The notes beneath the pieces were generated by a model. That model searched no databases. It was not told the DNA's origin and saw only the letters and a list, made by a program, of their open reading frames with translations. 37,686 nucleotides of DNA. Source: an uncultured Rubrivirga sp. (lineage in GTDB: Bacteria > Actinomycetota > Actinomycetes > S36-B12). Location of the stretch: the NCBI GenBank assembly GCA_964413305.1, contig CAYPSE010000004.1, forward strand, positions 1-37,686, read 5' to 3'. The position numbers and the translations under genes were made by a program. This document shows, one piece after another, positions 25,870-33,812 of the stretch (position 1 is its first letter; every line of letters begins with the position of its first letter).

Positions 25870-26667
25870 GTGTCTGCCATCGATTCTCTATCGTCAGACG
25901 ACTTCCGCATTGCGGGCAAAGGTTCACTCAACGTCGTCATGACGCACGGCACCTTGATGGATCACACCATGTTCGATCCCCAGATTGCCGCGCTTGAAGA
26001 CGATTACAGGTGTCTGAGCTACAACTTGAGAGCCGCAACTTCTTGGTACGCGACCGAATACGACCTTGTCACACTGGCTGACGATTGTGTGAATATCGCC
26101 GCGTCCTTCGCCATGGAACGCTTCGTTCTCATCGGGATGTCCATGGGTGGCTACATGGCACTGGAGTTTGCACTGCGCTACCCAGAGAAATTGCAGGGAT
26201 TGATTCTGATTGACTCGATGGCTGGTGCCTATTCCGAAGAGAAGCGACACGCATACGCCGAAGCCTTCGCACCTTTGAATGGGCCGGGCACACTTCCCAG
26301 ATCTTTTGCTGAGTGGTGTGTTCCCATTTGCTTCGGAACTGCCACACGCCGCGAGCAACCCGAACTCGTCCAACACTGGCTGGACAAGTGGGTCGCGAGG
26401 CCCGCACGTTCGGTCTTCGGTGAGTACCGGTCCTGGATCGACAAGAGGGATCTGACGCCGTTGCTCGGTGATATCGACGTGCCCACGCTCGTTGTTCACG
26501 GATCCGACGACGGGGGCCTACCATTCGACGCCTCGGCGATGCCCTTGGTTCGAGGAATCCCGCAGGCGACTCTCGCGGAGATTGAGGGCGCTGGGCACAC
26601 ATCGAACCTTGAGTCTCCCGAGCACGTCAATGCCGCACTCTGTGCCTTCTTGAAAGAGATTCCCTAG
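25870..26667 (+). CDS. Alpha/beta hydrolase (enol-lactonase-like), paralogue of 32983-33801
   Basis: GTG immediately follows the LivM-like TAA. It has the motifs THGTLMDHTMFDPQIAAL, GMSMGG and GAGHTSNLE. Confidence 0.85.
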   Translation: MSAIDSLSSDDFRIAGKGSLNVVMTHGTLMDHTMFDPQIAALEDDYRCLSYNLRAATSWYATEYDLVTLADDCVNIAASFAMERFVLIGMSMGGYMALEFALRYPEKLQGLILIDSMAGAYSEEKRHAYAEAFAPLNGPGTLPRSFAEWCVPICFGTATRREQPELVQHWLDKWVARPARSVFGEYRSWIDKRDLTPLLGDIDVPTLVVHGSDDGGLPFDASAMPLVRGIPQATLAEIEGAGHTSNLESPEHVNAALCAFLKEIP

Positions 26668-26675
26668 GGGGGGCT

Positions 26676-27713
26676 ATGGCATTCGCTCAAGGGGTTCTCG
26701 GACCCATCCACGCCTGCGATCTGGGTGTGACCCTGCCTCATGAGCACTTGATCTTGGATATGTCGGTTCGTCACCTGCCACAGACGGACGAAGAACTCAT
26801 CGGTCGCCAACCATCGTTGGCAGATCGCTGGCGTCTGATTCGCGATCCCGCCGGTTACTTGGTGAATCTTCAGGGAACCGATATTGATTCAGCCATCTTC
26901 GAAGTTGCCCAGTTTCAGGCGGCAGGAGGCAACACGATTGTCGATCTGACGGCCGTGGGGCTTTCCCCTGATCCTAGGCAACTTCGCACTATCGCCGAAA
27001 GTCTCGACGTGAACATCATCGCCGGCACCGGCTACTACATCTCGCAGAGTCTTCCCACGTGGGTAACTACGTCCTCAGTCACTCAGTTGGCCGACAACCT
27101 GATTAGCGACATCACGACTGGAGGTGAGGCGGGTGTCGTGAGGGGCGCAATCGGGGAGATCGCACTCGAAAGTGGTGACGACGTTGAATTCGCCTGCGTC
27201 GCAGCATCCGCTCGAGCCCAAGCCGAGACTCGCGCGCCTGTCTTCATGCATGTGATGTCGGGCATCCTGCCGGGTTTCCGCGAATTGACGGATCAGGCCT
27301 TGACGCTGTTTGTGCGCGAAGGTGGGGATTTGCACAACCTTGTCTTGTGTCACCAGGATGGCTCGGGTATCGATGTCGGATACCAGGTGTCCCTTCTTGA
27401 GAGGGGCATCATCTTGGAGTACGACACATTCGGATCCGAGGGAGTGTTCGCCTTCGGAAGGGAGTACGTGCAACTGCCCACGGATACCCAACGGATCCAA
27501 GAACTTCGTGTGCTGTGTGACCGGGGCTATGCAAGCCAGCTCCTCATCTCCCAGGACGTGTGCTATCAAAGTTCGAAACGCTCCTGGGGTGGTGGGGGAT
27601 TCGCCCACATTCTCGACAGTCTGTACCCGCGATTCATCGCTCATGGATTCACGGTGGAAGATATGCACCAATTGATGGTGGCCAATCCCGCCACCGTCTT
27701 TGCCTTCACCTGA
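26676..27713 (+). CDS. Phosphotriesterase-homology protein (PHP/PTER family, amidohydrolase superfamily)
   Basis: It has an N-terminal HxH motif in LPHEHLILD and is 345 aa long. IGEIALE sits where PTEs carry the carbamylated Lys. Confidence 0.85.
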   Translation: MAFAQGVLGPIHACDLGVTLPHEHLILDMSVRHLPQTDEELIGRQPSLADRWRLIRDPAGYLVNLQGTDIDSAIFEVAQFQAAGGNTIVDLTAVGLSPDPRQLRTIAESLDVNIIAGTGYYISQSLPTWVTTSSVTQLADNLISDITTGGEAGVVRGAIGEIALESGDDVEFACVAASARAQAETRAPVFMHVMSGILPGFRELTDQALTLFVREGGDLHNLVLCHQDGSGIDVGYQVSLLERGIILEYDTFGSEGVFAFGREYVQLPTDTQRIQELRVLCDRGYASQLLISQDVCYQSSKRSWGGGGFAHILDSLYPRFIAHGFTVEDMHQLMVANPATVFAFT

Positions 27714-27726
27714 CCACGTCACGGGT

Positions 27727-28518
27727 CTACAGCAAGTCACCCGTACGTCGACCGATCGCCAGCATTCCAGCGTCCACAGGTAGGTCGATGCCGGTGATGA
27801 AGGATGCATCCTCGGACATTAAGAAGACGCAGGCGTGTGCGACCGCCGAAGGCGGGATCAGTCGTCCTGTGAGTGGATGGATGGATCCGTATTCGGTCTC
27901 GTCTCCATCGGTCGCTCTTAAGACCTGCTCGATCATCGGCGTCTTTACAGCACCGGGACTGATGGAGTTTGCCCGCAGCATAGGGGCGTAATCGAGCGCC
28001 AATGATTTGGTGAACTGCACCACAGCGGCCTTCGTGGGTCCGTAAGCGGCCTCCTTGCGCCACCCGATATGCGCTAGAGCCGAAGCTATGTTCACGATCG
28101 CTCCCGTGGACTCCAACAGGAATGGAAGGACCCCCCGGGTCATGAGGAAAGTGCCGCGTAGATTGACGTTTGTGGTGTGATCCCACTCATCGGGAGTAAT
28201 CGAGTCTGCTGCTGATTGGGGGCCTGCGATGCCGGCCACATTGCATAAGCCCGAGATCCGCGTGTGCCGAAGTCGACTGAAAATGTCGCTAACGTCGGAT
28301 GGACTTGAGATATCTGCGACGTGGAACGTGGAATAGCCGTCCAATTCTTGCGCTGTCCGCTGGACGGCTTCTTCGTTTACATCAACGCAAATCACATGGC
28401 CTCCTTCCCGTCCAATAGCGATGGCGATTGATCTACCGATGCCCTGGCCTGCCCCGGTCACGATGACATGCTTTCCCGCGAGTCTGCCCTCACGTTGACG
28501 CGTTGCATCACTGGGCAC
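27727..28518 (-). CDS. SDR-family oxidoreductase
   Basis: It has the cofactor motif TGAGQGIG and the catalytic Y-x3-K in AAYGPTKAA. Confidence 0.9.
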   Translation of the reverse strand: MPSDATRQREGRLAGKHVIVTGAGQGIGRSIAIAIGREGGHVICVDVNEEAVQRTAQELDGYSTFHVADISSPSDVSDIFSRLRHTRISGLCNVAGIAGPQSAADSITPDEWDHTTNVNLRGTFLMTRGVLPFLLESTGAIVNIASALAHIGWRKEAAYGPTKAAVVQFTKSLALDYAPMLRANSISPGAVKTPMIEQVLRATDGDETEYGSIHPLTGRLIPPSAVAHACVFLMSEDASFITGIDLPVDAGMLAIGRRTGDLL

Positions 28519-29230
28519 TTACGCCTCCATCCACGGGCATAGCGACGCCAGTGATGTAGGCCGCTTCATTGGAGGCCAAGAAGGCGATGGCAGATGCGAC
28601 TTCACCCGGTTCGGCGATGCGCCCGAGTGGTTGCATGGCCCCCAGGGATTCCCACGTCTCTTCTCTCTGGGTTTGCAACCATTGGTCCACCATCGGTGTG
28701 CGGCAGAAAGACGGACAGACAGCATTTACCCGGATTCCGTAGGGCGCAGAGTCCACTGCCTGAGCCTTAACTAAGTGAATGAGACCACCTTTAGCAGCAG
28801 AGTAGGCGACTTGACCGGGCCAAGCCACCAGACCCGCGTCGGATGCGACGTGGACTATTACCCCGGTTCCGTGGGGGATCATCACCTTCAGGGCCTCTCG
28901 ACCGATCGTGAAGGCCGTGGTCAAGTTGACTTCTAAACCTTGTCGCCAGGCTTCGTCCGAGGTGTCCGTGGCGGTTCCGTCCGAAGGCAGCCCTATGCAG
29001 TTCACTACCACCGAGACCCGTCCCGCGTCGCGATCAACGGTGCGAAAAACCTTTGCCACGTCTGCGGATTTTCGAGCATCGCACCCGAGCGCACGAGGAG
29101 TACCGTCGTCAACTAGATCTGCTATCCAGGTCCGGCATCCCTCCTGGGCCAAACGCTCAACGGTTGCTGCCCCGATCCCGGATGCGCCTCCGAAGACGAT
29201 GGCGCTTTGATCGGTGAAGCGACGTACCAT
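28508..29230 (-). CDS. SDR-family oxidoreductase
   Basis: It has GGASGIG and Y-x3-K in VAYSAAKGG. It overlaps the downstream SDR by 11 nt. Confidence 0.9.
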   Translation of the reverse strand: MVRRFTDQSAIVFGGASGIGAATVERLAQEGCRTWIADLVDDGTPRALGCDARKSADVAKVFRTVDRDAGRVSVVVNCIGLPSDGTATDTSDEAWRQGLEVNLTTAFTIGREALKVMIPHGTGVIVHVASDAGLVAWPGQVAYSAAKGGLIHLVKAQAVDSAPYGIRVNAVCPSFCRTPMVDQWLQTQREETWESLGAMQPLGRIAEPGEVASAIAFLASNEAAYITGVAMPVDGGVSAQ

Positions 29231-29374
29231 GAGGAACCTCTTGACTGTTGGTGATCCGTAAGGTGCGATGACACCCTAAACGGGGGGAGGTGCCGGAGTC
29301 ACGAGAAGCCATGGGAGTCTATGCAGGGACTTCCTGTGGAGCACGTGCATGATGAGCCGTGAGGAGAAGAGTCT

Positions 29375-30316
29375 ATGTCGCCTTCGTCGATAGACCTGAC
29401 AGACGGACGCCTCAAATTGCGCCACCTTCGCATTGTGATGCTTGTGGCCGAGTGCGGGACGATCGGTGCTGCCGCCGATGAACTCGAGGTATCCCAGCCG
29501 GTTGTCACTCGCGCTATTCAAGAGGTCGAGGCGATTGTGGGAATGCGGATCTTCGAGAGAAGCCGAACGGGAGTCGTGCCCACCGGAGTCGGAGAGCGGT
29601 TCTTGCTTCATGCTCGATCAGTGATGACTCAACTCAGCTTTGCAGCGCGTGACTTGAACGACAGCGCAATCGGCCGCACTGGAGTAGTACGAGTCGCGAC
29701 GAACACTGCCGGATCTGATCCTGTGTTGCTGAATGGCATAAGAACCCATCAAGCAGAGAACCCGAATGCGGTAGTCGTGATCCGTGAGATGTTGCCCAGA
29801 GACATGGTCCCGGCTCTTATGGCAGGCGATGTTGACATTCTCATCGGTCACTGCGTGCCACTTGACGATTTGAGCGACCTTCAGGTCGTGTCCCTGTATC
29901 GAGAGCCCTTGCTTCCTGTAGTACACGAGAGCAACGACCTTGTCGATCGCCCGAACCTGGACCTCGGAGAGCTCATCGATTATCACTGGGTCCTTCCCGG
30001 CGAGAGGACTCAGATTCGCAACGACTTCAATACGCTCTGCCTTGATGCAGGGCTCTCGGTACCCGAGCACCATACCGAGTGCTTGTTCGTACTTACCGCG
30101 GCGGAGTTGGTCAAGCATTCCGTGGGCTCGATCACCCCACTCCCTCCGGTGATCGTGAATGCGAACCCGACCCTGCGTGCGCTTGAGGTCTCGCTTGGTG
30201 GACTCGGCCTCACCCATTCGATCATCACCCGCAAGTTCACCCAGCCTTCGCACGCTGCCACCGTCTTCTTGGAGCATTTGGTGGCGGTGGAGCGGGAGGA
30301 GCTCCTGACTGCCTAG
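29375..30316 (+). CDS. LysR-family transcriptional regulator
   Basis: It has the N-terminal wHTH LRHLRIVMLVAECGTIGAAADELEVSQPVVTRAIQEVE followed by a LysR substrate-binding region. It is divergent from the SDR pair. Confidence 0.92.
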   Translation: MSPSSIDLTDGRLKLRHLRIVMLVAECGTIGAAADELEVSQPVVTRAIQEVEAIVGMRIFERSRTGVVPTGVGERFLLHARSVMTQLSFAARDLNDSAIGRTGVVRVATNTAGSDPVLLNGIRTHQAENPNAVVVIREMLPRDMVPALMAGDVDILIGHCVPLDDLSDLQVVSLYREPLLPVVHESNDLVDRPNLDLGELIDYHWVLPGERTQIRNDFNTLCLDAGLSVPEHHTECLFVLTAAELVKHSVGSITPLPPVIVNANPTLRALEVSLGGLGLTHSIITRKFTQPSHAATVFLEHLVAVEREELLTA

Positions 30317-30328
30317 AATTCCGATCTA

Positions 30329-30342
30329 TTGACGATCGTCAA
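30329..30342. promoter_or_regulatory. Perfect 14-bp palindrome TTGACGATCGTCAA overlapping a -35-like TTGACG (candidate operator/promoter)
   Basis: Read directly from the sequence. A TAACCT (TANNNT) element follows 17 nt after the TTGACG. The site lies 60 bp upstream of the SDR gene start at 30402. A near-identical dyad is at 32942-32955. Confidence 0.5.
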
Positions 30343-30401
30343 AGTGACGGCTAACCTCCGCCTGTGCTGCGCCAGACACACGAATATGTGGACACCGCAC
30401 C

Positions 30402-31142
30402 GTGAGGGACGATGCCCGGGTAGTGGTCGTTACCGGCGGGGGTTCTGGGATCGGTAGGGCCATCGTCGGGCGCCTCGCCTTTGATGGCTACCGCGTTGCC
30501 GTCGCGGACATCTTGGCTCCAGAGCAGCTGAGTCAGGCCCTTCGCGACATTCCGGGTGATCTCTTTTGGGCTACCTGTGATGTGGCCTCACGAGATGACG
30601 TGAACTCGTTCATGGCGGGCGTCCTGGGCCGTTTCGGGCAAGTCGATGGGCTTGTTCTGAACGCGGGTATCTACCCGGTTTCGTCCTTCTCGGATATGAC
30701 CGAGGACGAGTGGCATCGTGTCTTCGAAGTAAACGTCGATCAGCTCTTCCACTTTTCTCAGGCGTGCCTCCCCGGCATGCGTAGCAAGGGATGGGGGCGA
30801 ATTGTCGCCATCTCCTCGACAACGTTCCACGCCGGCGTCCCCCAGCAAGTTCACTATGTGGCCTCCAAGGGAGCCGTTATCGGCTTCGTTCGATCGCTAG
30901 CCGCGGAAGTCGGCAATGATGGGGTGACAGTCAACTCGATCGCGCCGGGGCTCGTGCGCACCGAGCACACCGAGTCGGGACCTCAGCGCGATCTCTTCGA
31001 GATCATCGCCCAGCAGCAGGCGATTGCTCGCACCGAAAGTCCCCAGGATTTGACGGGACCTGTCTCGTTCCTCCTATCGGATGATGCAGGGTTCATCACT
31101 GGACAGACGATCGTCGTCGACGGTGGCTGGGTTCGTTCGTAG
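30402..31142 (+). CDS. SDR-family oxidoreductase
   Basis: It has TGGGSGIG and Y-x3-K in VHYVASKGA. Confidence 0.9.
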   Translation: MRDDARVVVVTGGGSGIGRAIVGRLAFDGYRVAVADILAPEQLSQALRDIPGDLFWATCDVASRDDVNSFMAGVLGRFGQVDGLVLNAGIYPVSSFSDMTEDEWHRVFEVNVDQLFHFSQACLPGMRSKGWGRIVAISSTTFHAGVPQQVHYVASKGAVIGFVRSLAAEVGNDGVTVNSIAPGLVRTEHTESGPQRDLFEIIAQQQAIARTESPQDLTGPVSFLLSDDAGFITGQTIVVDGGWVRS

Positions 31143-31180
31143 TACGGGTGACCGTCAAATCACGCGGAGAGAGGTGTGTC

Positions 31181-31930
31181 ATGCAAGACCTGAGTGTCCA
31201 GGGCAAGGTGGTCGTGGTGACCGGGGCGGCACAAGGCATTGGTCGCGGGATCGCGCTCGGCTTGGCCGAGTGTGGCGCTCATGTGTTCGCCTTGGACATC
31301 TCCGAGATTGAATTGCCTGAGACTGCACCGGGGATGATCACACCAGTGCACGTCGATGTCGCTTCGGAGTCCAGTGTCCTTGCATCGTTCAAGGAAGTCC
31401 TCGCTGATGCGGGTGGCATCGATGTGCTTTTCGCTAACGCAGGAATCGCTGGCGATCCCGCTTCCTACCCCTCTCTCACTTTGGAGTCGTGGCGTCGCGT
31501 TCATGCTGTGAATCTCGATGGTGCATTCCTCACAACCAGGGAGGCCGCCCGAGCGATGATTCCCCACAAGCGCGGGAAAATCGTCATAACGAACTCCGTG
31601 TGGGGAATGGTTGCCGCGACGGGAACAGACCTCAGCGCCTATGCCTCATCCAAGGGCGCTCTCGTTAATCTGATCCGCCACCTTGCCGTGGAGTTGGCGC
31701 CCTCGGGGGTCACCGTCAACGGGATCGCGCCGGCGGGGGTCAGAACAAAGATCGCGGATGGCTTCTACGACAACGATGATGCAGTCGAGGCATTGCGCCA
31801 GTCGATCCCCTTAGGACGGATCATCGAGCCGAGTGCACTCGTCGGACTTGCTGTCTTCTTGAGTTCCGCGGCCTCCGATCACATGACGGGGCAGACTATC
31901 GCCTTGGACGGTGGTCTACTGGCGATGTGA
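31181..31930 (+). CDS. SDR-family oxidoreductase
   Basis: ATG 31181 has GGAGAGAGG upstream. It has TGAAQGIG and Y-x3-K in SAYASSKGA. Confidence 0.9.
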   Translation: MQDLSVQGKVVVVTGAAQGIGRGIALGLAECGAHVFALDISEIELPETAPGMITPVHVDVASESSVLASFKEVLADAGGIDVLFANAGIAGDPASYPSLTLESWRRVHAVNLDGAFLTTREAARAMIPHKRGKIVITNSVWGMVAATGTDLSAYASSKGALVNLIRHLAVELAPSGVTVNGIAPAGVRTKIADGFYDNDDAVEALRQSIPLGRIIEPSALVGLAVFLSSAASDHMTGQTIALDGGLLAM

Positions 31931-32785
31931 TGTGCTCCTGGACAGAGCAGGCAACTCATCGTCATATTTGGCGGATACGTATCGTCGGGCGCGCGGCTCT
32001 AACAGGTCATGACACTGCATGAATGCATTGAATGCCTGGTATCCGGCCCACGAAGACGGCAGGTAGCGGGCACTCAGGCCTGGATCGAAGAATGGAAGGC
32101 GACGCCACAGGGTCAAGGTGTTGACGTAGTTGGTGAAGGCCCAGGCGTCGGATAGTTGTCCTTCGGAATTCACCTTGGCCGTGGTTGGGGAAATCTCGAG
32201 AAGAAAGTCTCGGTAAGTGGACTCGATTCGATCCAAGTCCCACCAGGACTGCACGGAGCTGAGAAGTGACGGCAGGTCGGATGACTGTGACTTGAGAATC
32301 GTGACGTATCGCTCTAGCAATAACTCTTCGAGGGTGCTGCGCAACTCGGTCTCGTTGTGGTCGGGTGCTATCCACACGCCGTTGGCGACGCGACCGAAGC
32401 CGAGCCACTCTAAGCGCGATCTCAGGAGGTGGCGGTCGCTCCTTTGCGACTCGGGTACAGAGAAGATTGCAAGGACCCAGCCGTGGTCCGCAGCGGTGGT
32501 TCGCGGGTTGAAGATCCGTTGATCGGCATTTGCGACGATCGACTGCGCTCGAGCCGTGAGTTGGAAACCACTTACCGCATTTCGATCGCGGAAGTCGATG
32601 AACCCTTTAGCGTTGAGTCGCTGAGCTGAGGCCCGCATCGCCCGTGTATTGACGTCGCAGTGGGACATGAGCGCACGGACGACAGGCTCGGGTGCCCAGC
32701 CGTCATCGTGTCGGAAGAAGGACCCCAGGACCGTTACCAGGAGTCGCTGAGGGCGCAGCCCGCGCTTTTGTGGTGGTGGCGTCAT
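31916..32785 (-). CDS. PaaX-family transcriptional regulator
   Basis: From ATG 32785 the product reads MTPPPQKRGLRPQRLLVTVLGSFF, with later stretches ...RLNAKGFIDFRD... and ...WVLAIFSVPESQRSDRHLLRSRLEWLGFGRVANGVWIAP... This matches the PaaX N-terminal and C-terminal domain pattern. Upstream alternative starts are possible. Confidence 0.78.
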   Translation of the reverse strand: MTPPPQKRGLRPQRLLVTVLGSFFRHDDGWAPEPVVRALMSHCDVNTRAMRASAQRLNAKGFIDFRDRNAVSGFQLTARAQSIVANADQRIFNPRTTAADHGWVLAIFSVPESQRSDRHLLRSRLEWLGFGRVANGVWIAPDHNETELRSTLEELLLERYVTILKSQSSDLPSLLSSVQSWWDLDRIESTYRDFLLEISPTTAKVNSEGQLSDAWAFTNYVNTLTLWRRLPFFDPGLSARYLPSSWAGYQAFNAFMQCHDLLEPRARRYVSAKYDDELPALSRSTSHRQ

Positions 32786-32941
32786 CTCACCTATCGGAGG
32801 CTGTCGGAGGTCGGTGACCAACGCGAGGACAACCAAGCATCGGAGCATGCTAGCCAACGCAGGTGGTGAGGACGCTTGCCGAGAGGCTTCTCCGCCGCAC
32901 AACAACTTTTCCCACGCACGCAACTAATATAGGCAAATTAC

Positions 32942-32955
32942 TTGACGGTCGTCAA
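32942..32955. promoter_or_regulatory. Dyad TTGACG-GT-CGTCAA overlapping a -35-like element (candidate operator/promoter)
   Basis: It sits in the 197-bp divergent region between the PaaX-like gene and the hydrolase/ACAD operon. A TATCGT element follows 16 nt after the TTGACG. It has the same half-sites as 30329-30342. Confidence 0.5.
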
Positions 32956-32982
32956 AAAGTCAGTATCGTTCGTCGTGATCCG

Positions 32983-33801
32983 ATGACATCCACCGAACTC
33001 AAGGAGGAAGTTGTGGCCGCTGGTGAAGAGGACGTCATCATTGACGTGGGAACCGGACCTGCACTCGTGTTCGCACACGGGACGCTGATGGATAAGACGA
33101 TGTTCGAGCCCCAGGTGGCTGCGCTCTCAGACGCCTACCGGGTGATTGCTTTCGATAGCAGGGCACGCACTGGTCCGCTGGATAAGCAATGGAAATTGCC
33201 CGACCTCGTCGCCGACACGGAGGCGCTGCTAGATGCGCTCGGCATCGAGACATGTGTCCTCGCGGGGATGTCGGTTGGGTCCTTTATGGCTTTGGAGTTC
33301 GCGCTGACCCACCCGAATCGGCTGGATGGGTTGATAATGATCGATGGTATGGCCCAGGCCTACACGCCAGAAGAGAGAGAAGCTTTCGGGCACGAATTCG
33401 GGAAACTCGACATCGACGGCCCGATCCCGCGTGAATTCGCAGAATGGGCCGCCCCGTTCTGCTTCGGACCCGCTGCCCAATCGCAGAACCCAGAGCTGAT
33501 CAACCACTGGATCGACCTGTGGTGCACGCTGCCTGCTCGATCTGTGTACCGAGAAGCCCACTCCTGGTTGGATAAGGCTGACTTGAGCGATCGAATATCC
33601 GAGATCGAGATACCTGTCTTGATCGTGCACGGCGTCGATGACCTGCCCGTCTCTATCGACCGGGCCCGGCCCATGGGGGATGCCATTCCGCGAGCTGAGT
33701 TCGTTGAGATCCCCAACGCCGGACACACATCGAACCTCGAGAATCCGATAGCTGTGAACGCAGCCATTCGGAATTTCGCGAATTCGATCTACGGTGCTTA
33801 G
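32983..33801 (+). CDS. Alpha/beta hydrolase (enol-lactonase-like), paralogue of 25870-26667
   Basis: It starts at ATG 32983 and has the motifs AHGTLMDKTMFEPQVAAL, GMSVGS and NAGHTSNLE. Confidence 0.85.
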   Translation: MTSTELKEEVVAAGEEDVIIDVGTGPALVFAHGTLMDKTMFEPQVAALSDAYRVIAFDSRARTGPLDKQWKLPDLVADTEALLDALGIETCVLAGMSVGSFMALEFALTHPNRLDGLIMIDGMAQAYTPEEREAFGHEFGKLDIDGPIPREFAEWAAPFCFGPAAQSQNPELINHWIDLWCTLPARSVYREAHSWLDKADLSDRISEIEIPVLIVHGVDDLPVSIDRARPMGDAIPRAEFVEIPNAGHTSNLENPIAVNAAIRNFANSIYGA

Positions 33802-33812
33802 GTCCTCACAAG

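Noticed and set aside
29231-29374. A LysR T-N11-A box or dyad in the lysR/SDR divergent region (candidates ATGCA-N20-TGCAT, GCACGTGC, ATC-N10-GAT).
   Set aside because: None has canonical T-N11-A spacing with flanking dyad symmetry, so the call would be arbitrary without footprinting or conservation data.
31148-31157. GACCGTCAA between the two plus-strand SDR genes, matching one half of the TTGACG-N2-CGTCAA dyad.
   Set aside because: Only one half-site is present, and isolated CGTCAA hexamers also occur inside several coding regions. It is likely chance.
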